Shown here: in pieces, positions 26,855 through 37,129 of the stretch
Layout of the letters: each line of letters begins with the position of its first letter
Numbering within the stretch: position 1 is the first letter of the stretch
Source: a virus
Taxonomy: Duplodnaviria; Caudoviricetes
IMG/VR virus record: IMGVR_UViG_3300027833_000044
Location: 24-64,023 of that record
Strand: one strand, 5' to 3'
Length of the DNA stretch: 64,000 nt
Position numbers and translations under genes: made by a program
The notes under the pieces: generated by a model
Seen by the model: the letters and a program-made list of their open reading frames with translations, nothing else
The model's database searches: none
What the model was told of the DNA's origin: nothing

Positions 26855-28521
26855 TATGCAACCCTGTCTAAGTCATCTGTAGCGGGTGAAGAGTCACCAT
26901 ACACTGCTTGACTACTTGAGTTAGTTGTGTTAGTTGTTGTTGATGGTGCAATCACTGTATTACCCGCAGATTGTTTTGCTTGGAGTTCTTCTAGTGCAGT
27001 CTGGAGTTTCATTATACGTTCTTCCGTAAACTTTGCACCTTTACTGTCACCACGACCTTGTTCATTATATGTACTCATACGGTCTTGATTAATTTTTAGG
27101 TGTCTCTTGTAACGTTCTTCGGTTGCTGCCATTATATCTTGTTCAGACTTAGGAGCTCTTTTTGTTTCTTTATAATCAAATCCGTCTTCGTCTGTGCCTC
27201 TCATTTCATGAAAGTCATCATCCTGAACCATAACTTTGGGTTGAGGTGTTGGTTTAACAACATCTTTCTCTACTTGAGGTTTTACTCTACCTTGTTTGAT
27301 TTCTTTTACTTCTGGTTCTTCTTCGTCACCACCAAATCCAAAGAATGATGCAATCTTACTAGCGACACCACCAATTGCATTCTTGACCCAGTCAATCGCA
27401 CCATTAAATACTGACGCAATTCCCATGAACAAGTCCATGATACCATCTTTGAAACTAAACGAGTCTAGTATTTCAGAGAAGTTTTCGAATCCTAGTTTAC
27501 CCGCAATCCATGAGATAGCAGCTTTCAATAGGTCAAGTGGCATACCAATTAGTCCACCAAGGACACCACCGACTGCACCAAGGATACCACCAAGGATACC
27601 TTCTTCAGCGAATCCAGAGATTGCACCTTTGATACCATCAATGATACCCATTATTAAAGTAAGAGGTGCGAAGATTACTCGACCTAGTGATTTGAATATT
27701 GTAAAGACAGGTGACAATGCACCTTTCAATGCACTAAATGTTCCACCGAATATTTTAAAAGCACCAAGGAAAGACTTAATTCCACTACCAATTCTTGAGA
27801 ATATTCCACCCACTGCTTTTGAATCGCCACCAATAAGGTTTGTGAGAGGACGAAACATGTTTCCAATATTAGTCAAACCACTTTTAAACGTGTTACCAAT
27901 CTTATACATTCTCTTCATGAAGTTTGATGTACCAGTAACGGGTTTGCCATCAACACCCAATCCAACCATTGCATAGATTGACTTTGATATTCCAGACATT
28001 GTTGTTCTTATTCTTAGAATAACATTACTCTTCATACCCATAAGTTTGGAAAGATTTGGGCCAAGTTTACCATCTGGTGTCAACCCAACCATCTTATATA
28101 ACCCTGTTCGGAGTGTACTAGTGACAAGTTTAAATCCTTTTGTCATTTTTCCACCGACCAAGTCATCAAACATTTGACCTAGAGCTAAAAGATATTTACC
28201 AAAACCTTGGGTTAAACCAACTGCAAGACCAGTAAGAGCAGCACCAATCGCACCAAGGAATCCCATAAGACCCATTCCTGCCGCATCTTTAAATCCCTGT
28301 ACTCCTGCACCAAACTCATCTCTAGTAGGTTTCTTACCACCAACCTTTTCTCGTTTCTCTTCGAGTTTGTCGCCTGCCGCATTTGCCATAGATTTAAAGT
28401 ATTGTGCAAAGGACTTATTCAGAGTAGCGAGTTCACTAATCTGTTTTTCGTCTCTCTTTTCACTTTTAATACCTTCAATCTGAACTGCTTCAGTAAGGTG
28501 TGCTATGGTTAATTCTGCCAT
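26854..28521 (-). CDS. gp29: tape measure / baseplate hub protein (gp29-like)
   Basis: 555-aa Gly-rich amphipathic helical protein downstream of gp26/gp51-like genes. Confidence 0.7.
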   Translation of the reverse strand: MAELTIAHLTEAVQIEGIKSEKRDEKQISELATLNKSFAQYFKSMANAAGDKLEEKREKVGGKKPTRDEFGAGVQGFKDAAGMGLMGFLGAIGAALTGLAVGLTQGFGKYLLALGQMFDDLVGGKMTKGFKLVTSTLRTGLYKMVGLTPDGKLGPNLSKLMGMKSNVILRIRTTMSGISKSIYAMVGLGVDGKPVTGTSNFMKRMYKIGNTFKSGLTNIGNMFRPLTNLIGGDSKAVGGIFSRIGSGIKSFLGAFKIFGGTFSALKGALSPVFTIFKSLGRVIFAPLTLIMGIIDGIKGAISGFAEEGILGGILGAVGGVLGGLIGMPLDLLKAAISWIAGKLGFENFSEILDSFSFKDGIMDLFMGIASVFNGAIDWVKNAIGGVASKIASFFGFGGDEEEPEVKEIKQGRVKPQVEKDVVKPTPQPKVMVQDDDFHEMRGTDEDGFDYKETKRAPKSEQDIMAATEERYKRHLKINQDRMSTYNEQGRGDSKGAKFTEERIMKLQTALEELQAKQSAGNTVIAPSTTTNTTNSSSQAVYGDSSPATDDLDRVA

Positions 28522-28525
28522 TGTC

Positions 28526-28654
28526 TTATCCGTTTTGGTTTTTCATTCGTTCTTCTTGTTCTTTAAGATATTCTTCTAGTAATACTAGGTAAATCTCCCT
28601 CTCCCATGGCATCATATGTTCTATGTCATACAATGAATAATTAAAGTGTTGCAT
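28526..28654 (-). CDS. gp51: gp51-like baseplate hub assembly protein (not in ORF track; likely also reached by frameshift)
   Basis: MQHFNYSLYDIEHMMPWEREIYLVLL...; frame stays open upstream to 28711. Confidence 0.8.
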   Translation of the reverse strand: MQHFNYSLYDIEHMMPWEREIYLVLLEEYLKEQEERMKNQNG

Positions 28655-28707
28655 TAAAGCAAAATTGGTCTTAAAATGGTTGACCAAATTATCATGCGAG
28701 AGGCATA

Positions 28708-29430
28708 TTAAAAAAAATCTTGAAGACCCTCCAGAGTTACTTTATTCTCGAATCCACATTCGCAAGTGAATTCAACGTCTTTTTTCATTACTGGAACAGT
28801 CTTTAAAAACTCTCCAACTTTTGTAAACTGTATGTTTGTCATTGAATCAATAAACTCAGCCAGTTCTTTCTTACTTACATCTGATACAAGGTGGTGTTCA
28901 TCATCTGTCATGATTGAAATCATACAATCTTCAATCATCATGAATCCAAACTCCGCTTCGGAGACACCTTCACGGAAGTTCTTTACGAATCCATCGTAAG
29001 TAGGATATCTTAATTCAATAGAGATATCATCTGTAATCTGAACCACATTGTCTACATCTTCTTGTTTTGTAACTTCGAGAGACGATAAGTCAATATCAAC
29101 GTCTGTCCTTTTGTCACATCCTTCATCTTCGCATTTAAAGTGTAGGGTTGATGATTCACCAACCGACTTACTACGAATCTGAGTGAACATGTACTCAACA
29201 TCAAATGTTGCAAGTTCGCTTGTTTTGATATCATCATTCACACATGCAACAACCGTGTCAACCATTGCCCTCATTGCCTGCTTTTGGTCTTGTGACTCAA
29301 ACGCAGAGAGAAGAAGTTTCTCCTCTTTGACCAAGTATGGTCGGTACGTGACAACTTTGTCACTAGATGGAATCACCATCTCATATTTTAGATTTTGATT
29401 TAACTTAGGTAGTGCCATTATATTCTCCAA
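28708..29430 (-). CDS. gp26: baseplate hub assembly chaperone gp26-like
   Basis: MALPKL, YRPYLVKEEKLLL, FDVEY.F..IRSKSVGE, C-terminal C.C...LEGLQDFF; likely start at 29418. Confidence 0.88.
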   Translation of the reverse strand: MENIMALPKLNQNLKYEMVIPSSDKVVTYRPYLVKEEKLLLSAFESQDQKQAMRAMVDTVVACVNDDIKTSELATFDVEYMFTQIRSKSVGESSTLHFKCEDEGCDKRTDVDIDLSSLEVTKQEDVDNVVQITDDISIELRYPTYDGFVKNFREGVSEAEFGFMMIEDCMISIMTDDEHHLVSDVSKKELAEFIDSMTNIQFTKVGEFLKTVPVMKKDVEFTCECGFENKVTLEGLQDFF

Positions 29431-29433
29431 ATA

Positions 29434-30135
29434 TTATAAAAATTTCCTAATCAGTTCACCCGCAAGACCTTCAACAAAGTCGTTGCCCACACGGTCACCC
29501 TTTTTGGACTTCCAGTTCTTGTACGATAATTGTACCGTAACTTCAAGTAACTGTCCGTCATCACTCAACGCAATTTCACTTAATGTTGTTGGGTATGCTT
29601 TATCTAGGACTAAAGTATAAGTGATATCGTCTCCGAATACCGCATTTAAGTCAAACTCACCCTGTGCAAGGTCGAGTGGCCCTAGTCTTGGTAATCTTCC
29701 ACGTATAGAGGAAGGTATCTTACCAGAATCAAATAATTTCTTTTTCTTTATAGGGAAAGCAACACCCTTTTTAATGTGTTGTATAATAACTGGATGTGTG
29801 TAATCGTTAAAATACCCTACTTCTTTAGTATCTGAATTCACTGCTTGTGATTGCCACAATTCAAAGTACTCTCTTACACCCATGTCATTAAGACAATGAA
29901 ACGTGAGTGTTACGTCTTCTACTGCATAACCATATGCAACTTTGGTTACGTCAAGACCCATAGGTCTTTCTGTAGAAAGGATTTGTCTGCCAGGCAATGA
30001 CGCTGCTTTACATAACAAGTTTAAGTTACGTGCATCGCCCTTGATAGGTGGTAAGAAAATCTTATACAGATTTCCCATTGCCAGTCCGCCACCAGAACCA
30101 ACCGATGATTTAAAATCGTCAATACGAATTGCCAT
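29434..30135 (-). CDS. gp54: tail tube initiator gp54-like (gp19 fold)
   Basis: LCKAASLPG, TLTF, YF..WQ, AYPT.L..I.L, VTVQLSY. Confidence 0.7.
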   Translation of the reverse strand: MAIRIDDFKSSVGSGGGLAMGNLYKIFLPPIKGDARNLNLLCKAASLPGRQILSTERPMGLDVTKVAYGYAVEDVTLTFHCLNDMGVREYFELWQSQAVNSDTKEVGYFNDYTHPVIIQHIKKGVAFPIKKKKLFDSGKIPSSIRGRLPRLGPLDLAQGEFDLNAVFGDDITYTLVLDKAYPTTLSEIALSDDGQLLEVTVQLSYKNWKSKKGDRVGNDFVEGLAGELIRKFL

Positions 30136-30728
30136 TAATCCTTACCTATACTTTGTCTTGAATCGTAGAACACCTTCTGTGAGTTTGCTTTACGGAACTG
30201 TGCAGTCGGTAAGAATGTTGCAATCTCCCACTCTGGAGCAGGGACTTCTGCAAACTTACTCTTGACATGTGAATTCAAGTAGTGTTTAAAACATGGTTTA
30301 TAGTATCGCAATTTTGCAATACCTTGTAATCTCTTGTAAGTAATATTAAACTTTGCATCATCTGAGTTCTTACTTGACGCAACTTCCATCAACGAATCCA
30401 ACATCTTTGCACGAAGGATAGGTGGAAGGTAGTGAAGGTTAATTCCATAGAATCCACCCTCTGCTGGCCCGACCACGATAATCAATGGGAATGCATCATA
30501 GTATGGAAGTTTATCTTTAGTCTTCGGGTCATAGAAGAACATTTGCATTGACCCGATAACACCTTGTTTCGCTCTTTGTTTTATCTGGTCTTCCTTCATT
30601 AACGCTTCACGATTAATGGAACGCATGTTGGATGCTTTCTTTCTGAACCATTCACGGGATTCCTTGGTACGGGGAGTAACTCCTGCACGGAATGCCTGTA
30701 GTTCTAGTCTGTTGAATATATTACTCAT
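30135..30728 (-). CDS. gp2: DNA end protector gp2
   Basis: FFYDPKTKDKLPYYD.FPL, GINLHYLP, CFKHYL..HV, LPT..F. Confidence 0.93.
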   Translation of the reverse strand: MSNIFNRLELQAFRAGVTPRTKESREWFRKKASNMRSINREALMKEDQIKQRAKQGVIGSMQMFFYDPKTKDKLPYYDAFPLIIVVGPAEGGFYGINLHYLPPILRAKMLDSLMEVASSKNSDDAKFNITYKRLQGIAKLRYYKPCFKHYLNSHVKSKFAEVPAPEWEIATFLPTAQFRKANSQKVFYDSRQSIGKD

Positions 30729-30733
30729 AGTTC

Positions 30734-30741
30734 TATTTATA
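30734..30741 (-). promoter_or_regulatory. T4-type late promoter
   Basis: TATAAATA on - strand just upstream of gp2. Confidence 0.7.
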
Positions 30742-30758
30742 CCAATTTTACTTCAATT

Positions 30759-31244
30759 TTATTTTTTTCTTCGAGTATATGGTGCTAACTTCTTGAGTGG
30801 TTTTGTTGATTTAGGAATAAGACTTTTCAAGGGTTCATTCTTTTCTGTCCATATGACAAATCTCCAACCTCGGTCTTTTGCATATGCGTTTGCTGCTTCC
30901 CACTTATTTATGTTCTTTACATAAGTAAAACTTTCGTTGAGATATCGTTTTGTCTTCTTACTACCTGTAGGTATTCGAGTCTCTTTATCTGGTTTAATTT
31001 CAACCAACCAAGTCTTACCATCTTCCATGACCATTTTTAAGTCCATAAAATATCTATGATAACGCTTGTCAACTTCATATAGATATGGTATAACGACTTC
31101 TTCAGAAGACCATTTTACTACTTTTGGGTTATCATCACACCATTTGAAGGCATGTTTCTCCCACAAAGAACGATATACCACACCAGTATGGTCGCCTTCG
31201 TATTTCTTTGTATTTTTTACTCTGTATCTTCCCGAATATGCCAT
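30759..31244 (-). CDS. gp4: head completion nuclease gp4
   Basis: MAYSG.Y...N..KY.GD...VYRSLWE, WSSEE..IPY, HRYF.D, VEIKP, KWEAA. Confidence 0.95.
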   Translation of the reverse strand: MAYSGRYRVKNTKKYEGDHTGVVYRSLWEKHAFKWCDDNPKVVKWSSEEVVIPYLYEVDKRYHRYFMDLKMVMEDGKTWLVEIKPDKETRIPTGSKKTKRYLNESFTYVKNINKWEAANAYAKDRGWRFVIWTEKNEPLKSLIPKSTKPLKKLAPYTRRKK

Positions 31245-31252
31245 AAAAACCT

Positions 31253-31287
31253 TATAAATAAAGATAATGATTTACAACCTATTTATA
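31253..31287. promoter_or_regulatory. pair of opposed T4-type late promoters
   Basis: TATAAATA on + at 31253-31260 (for gp48) and on - at 31280-31287 (for gp4). Confidence 0.75.
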
Positions 31288-31298
31288 GAGAAATTAAA

Positions 31299-32342
31299 AT
31301 GGCAACAGTCACAAACATAAATGACGTACAGGTTGGAGACACTTTAACGTCTGCACAAATTTACGAAGCAGCAACTGGTTCAAAGCCTGGCATTCAAGAA
31401 AACAAGTCCAGAAAAGACCTTGAGTATCCACTTAACAATCCTGATGAATATAAGGGTAGGTTAGTCTTCAATGTAATGAAAGAACCTGAAACTGACCTTG
31501 GTAATATTAGTGAAGCTGCGACATCATTTGCGAAGTCTATCGGTGACGGTTTAAAGAACGCACTAGGAACTAATAACCCCGATGAGGTTGCAAAGGCAGT
31601 CAAATCTCATAAAGGTGAAGTTAACGTTCCTATTATCAAACAAAGACCATTAATTAAACTTGACAGACAAGTATCGATGTATCTACCTGTTGGTCTACAG
31701 TACCGTGATAACGTTGCATATGAGAATATGGACTTGGGTGGTGCGGGTGCGTCTGCGGAAGCTGGATTACAACAAGGTTTGAGTGGTGTTAGGAGTTTGA
31801 TTGAAGGTGGATTGAAAACTCTAAGTGCGGGTCTTGGTGGTGCGGCAAACAAAGATGTTGCAAAATTAGGGGTTGTTAAACTTGCATCTAAGTTACCTGA
31901 TGAAGTATCGGGTGCATTTAAATCAGCAGCGGGTGTAACAACCAATCCAAACACTCGTGTGTTATTCAAACAAGTTAATCTTCGTGAGTTTGCATTTGCA
32001 TTTAAGTTCATTGCAACTTCGGCAAAAGAAGCAGAAGAAGTAAAAGAGATTATCAAATTATTCAGAACAGAACTATATCCAGAAAATATTAATCTAGAAG
32101 TAGGTGGAAGTGAAATCTCTATTGGATATAAGTTCCCTAACAAATTCCAAATTGATGTGGAGTATGATGGGGAAGAAATTGCAACAAGAATCAAACCATG
32201 TTTTCTTAGAGATGTGAATGTAACATATAACAACACATCAATGACTATGCACTCCGATGGTAACTTCCAAGAAATAGAAATGTCATTATCATTCCAAGAA
32301 ACAAGAACACTCAACAGAAAAGATGTAGAGGAAGGATACTAA
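31299..32342 (+). CDS. gp48: baseplate tail tube cap gp48
   Basis: MYLP, NPN..VLF..V.LR.F.F.FK, EA.EV..II..FR..LYP, C.L..V.V.Y, L.FQE; start reassigned to ATG 31299. Confidence 0.88.
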   Translation: MATVTNINDVQVGDTLTSAQIYEAATGSKPGIQENKSRKDLEYPLNNPDEYKGRLVFNVMKEPETDLGNISEAATSFAKSIGDGLKNALGTNNPDEVAKAVKSHKGEVNVPIIKQRPLIKLDRQVSMYLPVGLQYRDNVAYENMDLGGAGASAEAGLQQGLSGVRSLIEGGLKTLSAGLGGAANKDVAKLGVVKLASKLPDEVSGAFKSAAGVTTNPNTRVLFKQVNLREFAFAFKFIATSAKEAEEVKEIIKLFRTELYPENINLEVGGSEISIGYKFPNKFQIDVEYDGEEIATRIKPCFLRDVNVTYNNTSMTMHSDGNFQEIEMSLSFQETRTLNRKDVEEGY

Positions 32343-33124
32343 TGACAACAAAATACTTTAAAAACTTTAACATCGTTGGATATAATTTTGGTAGCGAAAC
32401 TAGTAAAGTTCTCTTTGATGATATAACTCAATACGTTGATATTATCGATGGACTAAAAGATAACGTCTCTTTCTACGAACAGTTTACTATTATAGCGGGT
32501 GATAGACCCGACACTCTCTCATATAGATTGTACGGAACTACCGATTACTATTGGACATTCTTTCTTATGAATGACCACTTACGTGAATCTGGATGGCCAA
32601 TACCTACATATGACTTGTTGGATACTGCAAAAACAAAGTACCCATATAGAATTATAACAACAAATTCAGATATATCAACATCATTTCCAGTTGGTCAGAT
32701 TATAACTGGAGTAAATAGTGGTACACAGGGCAGGATTATTAAACGTAATCTTGATATGGGACAACTAGTAGTTGATACTTCGGTTACTGCGGGAGAGTAC
32801 TTTGGACTGTACCCTAATCTTGTAAACTTTAGTCCTACAGAGAACATTCAATACATCGCAGAAGACGGTGCATTTTATAATGCTACTCTTGTAAAAGAAT
32901 CAGAACAATATAATGCAGTCCATCATTATGAGGATGCGGACGGTGTGTGGCAAGACCTCACATTGTTTGACTTTGCAAATCCAAGTTCACAGTACACTGC
33001 TATAACACATAGAGATAGAATTGAGAAAAGAAACGATGTCCTCAAAGAAATAAACGTTTTAAAACCAGACGTAATCGATAAAGTCGTTGGTGAATTTAAT
33101 AATTTTCATAAAAAGGTAGGTTAA
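32342..33124 (+). CDS. gp53: baseplate wedge subunit gp53
   Basis: YFKNF, GDRPDTLSYRLYG..DYYW.F.L.N, HHYED. Confidence 0.9.
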   Translation: MTTKYFKNFNIVGYNFGSETSKVLFDDITQYVDIIDGLKDNVSFYEQFTIIAGDRPDTLSYRLYGTTDYYWTFFLMNDHLRESGWPIPTYDLLDTAKTKYPYRIITTNSDISTSFPVGQIITGVNSGTQGRIIKRNLDMGQLVVDTSVTAGEYFGLYPNLVNFSPTENIQYIAEDGAFYNATLVKESEQYNAVHHYEDADGVWQDLTLFDFANPSSQYTAITHRDRIEKRNDVLKEINVLKPDVIDKVVGEFNNFHKKVG

Positions 33125-34479
33125 TGTCTACGTCACAACAGTTCAAAATAACTGAGGCATCAATCTCAGCAGACCGTTTTGGTGGATTTGGTTCAAATTC
33201 ATTTGATGTAAGAACATCTGTTGCAGAATTGAACGTGTTTGAAAGTTTAGACAAACCTTATCTGACGGGAACTGTTGTTATTCTTGATGATAAAGCACTG
33301 TTTGATGCTATAAATTTTCAAGGAACAGAACGATTTCGTGTAAAACTTGCATCTGCGGATAACACTTTAGATACCGTATTCGAACGTACCTTTATGATGA
33401 CTGGAATCGAACGTTCAATCAAATCAAATGATAACGGAAAATCTAGTATGTATGTTATTACATTACTAGACGAACATGCTTATCTGAGTAGTTTAAAACG
33501 AATCAGTAGGTCTTTCAATGGACGTATCGATAAGATTATAATTAAACTCCTTGCAACTCAAATGAATATGGATGTAGATATCTCATACTTGTTTAAAGGT
33601 GACGGTAAAGAATCCGCACCAATTCAGACAAATATAAAAGGTATCATTCCCAATCTAAGTCCTATTGCAGCAATCAAGTGGTTGGTGTCAAGAGCGACCA
33701 CCGTGACAGGGTCTCCATTCTTTGCGTATGCATCTATGCACGATAACAATCTTCGTCTAGGTAATCTGGACTGCATGTTATCACAAAAAGCGTTTAATTC
33801 AAAATTACCATATACGTACAATCCCGCAAACGTATCTAACGCAGACACTCAAACAGAAGTAGAAAAAACGTTTACTATTAAAGCATTAAAAACATCTAAG
33901 ATGGCAAACACCTTAAAACTCATTCAAGAAGGTGCAGTAACAAGTGGCATGTGTAATACCAATCTTAACACAGGACAGATATTTAATCAACACTTCTCAG
34001 TCAGAGATACTTTAGGTAAACTATCGGGACAGGGTATCATTGGCGAGAATCAAAATGTATTTGATACAGAATTTTTGATGAATGAGAATCCAGTCGATAC
34101 ATTCAACGCACAAAACATTCATACGGTAACTTCGAGTGGAACATATGGTAGATACAAAAGTTATCATGACGAATTTGATGCAACCAAGTTTAAAAAGAAA
34201 CTAGAAAGTAAAGCATTGACCAATCACCTATATAAGAACATGATGAATGTTGTTGTAGAGGGTGCAGGATTTATTGTTTCGAAAGCAAGTGTTGGGGACA
34301 TAGTAAACCTGAAGATTGTAAACGACAATACAGAACAAGATAAAAATGCGAGTGAAGAAGACTTAATTGATAAAGCTAAGTCTGGTGATTGCATTATCTA
34401 TGATACTAGACATACCTTCTCTGGAACTCAACACACAGTATCCATAAACGTATGTAAACTAGAGAGACTTTCACAATGA
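33124..34479 (+). CDS. baseplate hub protein (gp27-like)
   Basis: position between gp53 and gp5; FESL..PYLTG...I.D, G.E, IIPN.SP pattern. Confidence 0.65.
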   Translation: MSTSQQFKITEASISADRFGGFGSNSFDVRTSVAELNVFESLDKPYLTGTVVILDDKALFDAINFQGTERFRVKLASADNTLDTVFERTFMMTGIERSIKSNDNGKSSMYVITLLDEHAYLSSLKRISRSFNGRIDKIIIKLLATQMNMDVDISYLFKGDGKESAPIQTNIKGIIPNLSPIAAIKWLVSRATTVTGSPFFAYASMHDNNLRLGNLDCMLSQKAFNSKLPYTYNPANVSNADTQTEVEKTFTIKALKTSKMANTLKLIQEGAVTSGMCNTNLNTGQIFNQHFSVRDTLGKLSGQGIIGENQNVFDTEFLMNENPVDTFNAQNIHTVTSSGTYGRYKSYHDEFDATKFKKKLESKALTNHLYKNMMNVVVEGAGFIVSKASVGDIVNLKIVNDNTEQDKNASEEDLIDKAKSGDCIIYDTRHTFSGTQHTVSINVCKLERLSQ

Positions 34480-35342
34480 CAATGAAACCTATTCTTTCAG
34501 AATATTATGGTGATAATACACGATGGTTCATTGCAACTGTTGTTGACGCATCACCCCCATACGGTTTTGAAGGACGTGTAAAGATTCGTGTTCATGGATT
34601 ACATACATCATCCACTGTAGCAATTCCTCAACATGATTTACCATGGGCACAATGTCTTGTACCAACCACAGAAGGTGGAATCTCTGGTATTGGTAGAATG
34701 CCACAGATTCAACCTAACGCACTAGTCTTCGGTATGTTTATGGACGGAATGAACTCTCAAACACCTATTGTAATGGGTAGTCTACCGCACATTGAATTAC
34801 CTACTAGGATACAACTAGGTCAAGATGGTGAGGATATCGGAGAAGATAACAAACCAGAAAATCTATGGCAAAGCTTTGTTGCTGCGGTCAAACCGAAAGA
34901 TGTTGATATACAAAATGATAATTCTGGTAATATTAATAATCTGGTAAGATTATCACGAGAGAAGACTGCGGTTAAGTTCTTTCTAAATCTAGGTTATACC
35001 GTCAAACAATCTATAGGTTTGGTTTCGTCACTCGGTCAAGCGTCTGGTATGCGAACTGGGGTAAATGTACAGTCATCTGGACTTGCAAGATTCTCTCGTT
35101 TAAGGTATAATGACTTACAGAACTTTTCAAATGATTTCAATAAGTTTCTGGTTCAACTTGCCTTTATTGCATATGAGTTGAACGGAACACAAACTAACGC
35201 AAACATAAAACTATTACAATCAGATAAATTTGATGGTGAAGATGGTGTGTGTAGTATAGTGTGTAAGTATTATCTCAAAGATAGTAGTCTTGCGAATCAA
35301 TCGCAACTTGCAGCACGAAGAATGAACGATAGGATAGGATAA
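34476..35342 (+). CDS. gp5: gp5 N-terminal OB-fold protein with degenerate tail-lysozyme-like domain
   Basis: WF...V.D...GRVKIRVHGLH...DLPWA...V.G.F.DG...Q.P.V.GS; C-terminal G.A.F...R...L...QLAFI.YEL. Confidence 0.82.
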   Translation: MTMKPILSEYYGDNTRWFIATVVDASPPYGFEGRVKIRVHGLHTSSTVAIPQHDLPWAQCLVPTTEGGISGIGRMPQIQPNALVFGMFMDGMNSQTPIVMGSLPHIELPTRIQLGQDGEDIGEDNKPENLWQSFVAAVKPKDVDIQNDNSGNINNLVRLSREKTAVKFFLNLGYTVKQSIGLVSSLGQASGMRTGVNVQSSGLARFSRLRYNDLQNFSNDFNKFLVQLAFIAYELNGTQTNANIKLLQSDKFDGEDGVCSIVCKYYLKDSSLANQSQLAARRMNDRIG

Positions 35343-37129
35343 TGGCACTAAGTAAAGAATCACTGAATAGTTCGATAAATTCAGAAATCAATAAACAGAC
35401 TAGTGCAAACGCAAAGTATGTTAATAGTGCTACAAGTGCAGTCGATGATACCTTTGCAAAAACTACCAGTAAGATTGGTAGTGTTGACGGAGAAGTCTTG
35501 GGTGGGGTTAAGTCTTTGGGTGCATCTGCTCTTGACGGAAACGAAGTATTAAAAGATGGTATAGGAAAACTTACTGATAAGATTCCTAGTTTAGAAGGTG
35601 CTGCAACTGCACAATCAACCATACCAAACCTTTTAGGTTTATCAGAAGCAGACCCTACTGCATCTGCAATGGAAGTTGTCGGTGGGGGTTCACCCAAAGA
35701 TATTCAATCTGGTGTAGATAAGGTAACAACTATCTCTGGTGAGGCAATGACAGATATATCTACGTTCACTGCCACTATCGCATCCTCAGATGAATTAACA
35801 AGTATCTCTGCCGCACTTCCTGATTTAAAGATTCCAAGTCTTGATGCCGTTGTGGGTGAGATTACCCCTGTCGCATCTCTCAGTAGTCTTGGGGATACTG
35901 TAAAGGATAACGTATCAGACGCAACTGGTGTTGGTGGTCTATCTGCGACACTTACAGATGCAAAGAATGAATTAAGTACTGTAGGTAGTGTTGGTGATTT
36001 AGTTACTAGTGGGTTAAGTGATATCACATCTGCTACCACTGAATTCTTATCAGATGCAACTGACTTTGCAACTAACTTTACCGAAACAATAGACAAGGGT
36101 TTGGGTGGAGTCTTACAGAATCTTGCGGAAGGACTTACGGGTAATGCATCTTCATTCCTCGCTAACCTCGTGCCAGGCGGTATTAGTGCAACCGAATCAG
36201 AAAGAAAAAGAATACTAGAACAGTTTTCAACGGGTGACCCCGCAGATAAAACTAAAGCGGTCAAATCACTTACCGCAAAATCAAATAATGTCTCTCCAAA
36301 AATGAAGGGTATTATTAATAAAGTAGATGCAGAAAACACTAACGACCTATCTAATAAAGTAACAATTGCAGCAAGAAAGGCGGGTGTTCCTGAGTCAGAG
36401 ATTCAAGACGCAACCGCAGAGATGGAAATAATTGACACGGGTCTAGACCAACTTGATACTACTATTGGTGGTTCTGTTGTTGTTGATTCAAGTCTATTTG
36501 ATGAAGACTTCTCTATTGGTGCAAACGAAAACAGATGGTCTGGTCGTACAACTAAAGATGAAGTATTTACATATGTTGCATCTGTAGAAGAGTTGGACGC
36601 AGAATTCTCACGTATAGAACGAGATGTCACCGAAGTGATTGTCCACGCAACCGAAACATATACAAATAAAGATATCGGTGCAATAGAGATAAATAACATT
36701 CATAACGAATTAGGACATGATGGTATTGGATATCATTATGTGATTAGACGGGATGGTAGACTTCAACGTGGTAGACCCGCAAACAAAGTTGGAGAACACG
36801 CAGTAGTAAATGGACATGATGTATATTCTATTGGTGTTGCACTGGTCGGTGGTATTAATGTATCTTCGGGAGATGATAACCCTGAGACACACATGTCTTC
36901 GTCATCGTTCACTCGTGAACAGTATTCGACTCTAGAGAAATTTATTAGGTCGTTCTATCGTAGATATTCTGGTGGACAAGTATTTGGACACAATGATGTT
37001 GATATCGCAGAACAAGACCCATACTTTGATGTGGTTGATTACATAGAGTCAATATTTAGAAAGACTAATGTGACTACAGACCCGTCAAGTAATCCTCCAT
37101 TGAGTCCAACAGAGATTAATGTACAATGA
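35342..37129 (+). CDS. virion-associated N-acetylmuramoyl-L-alanine amidase with long Ser/Thr/Ala/Gly-rich N-terminus
   Basis: VIVHAT, IGYHYVIRRDG...GR, GEHA, SIGVALVGG, FT.EQ, GHND, DPYFD (T7 lysozyme-like). Confidence 0.88.
   Translation: MALSKESLNSSINSEINKQTSANAKYVNSATSAVDDTFAKTTSKIGSVDGEVLGGVKSLGASALDGNEVLKDGIGKLTDKIPSLEGAATAQSTIPNLLGLSEADPTASAMEVVGGGSPKDIQSGVDKVTTISGEAMTDISTFTATIASSDELTSISAALPDLKIPSLDAVVGEITPVASLSSLGDTVKDNVSDATGVGGLSATLTDAKNELSTVGSVGDLVTSGLSDITSATTEFLSDATDFATNFTETIDKGLGGVLQNLAEGLTGNASSFLANLVPGGISATESERKRILEQFSTGDPADKTKAVKSLTAKSNNVSPKMKGIINKVDAENTNDLSNKVTIAARKAGVPESEIQDATAEMEIIDTGLDQLDTTIGGSVVVDSSLFDEDFSIGANENRWSGRTTKDEVFTYVASVEELDAEFSRIERDVTEVIVHATETYTNKDIGAIEINNIHNELGHDGIGYHYVIRRDGRLQRGRPANKVGEHAVVNGHDVYSIGVALVGGINVSSGDDNPETHMSSSSFTREQYSTLEKFIRSFYRRYSGGQVFGHNDVDIAEQDPYFDVVDYIESIFRKTNVTTDPSSNPPLSPTEINVQ

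Noticed and set aside
27296-27976. Long antisense ORFs (also 31607-32314, 35704-36339, 39148-39678, 47063-47542)
   Set aside because: Shadows of well-supported genes on the opposite strand, with no RBS or recognisable motifs.
31253-31287. Face-to-face late promoters as a novel switch
   Set aside because: Opposed late promoters at the junction between gene 4 and the baseplate genes are expected in T4-like genomes.
31152-31298. N-terminal extension of gp48 in the ORF track
   Set aside because: Overlaps gp4 antisense and lies upstream of the late promoter; ATG at 31299 is the plausible start.
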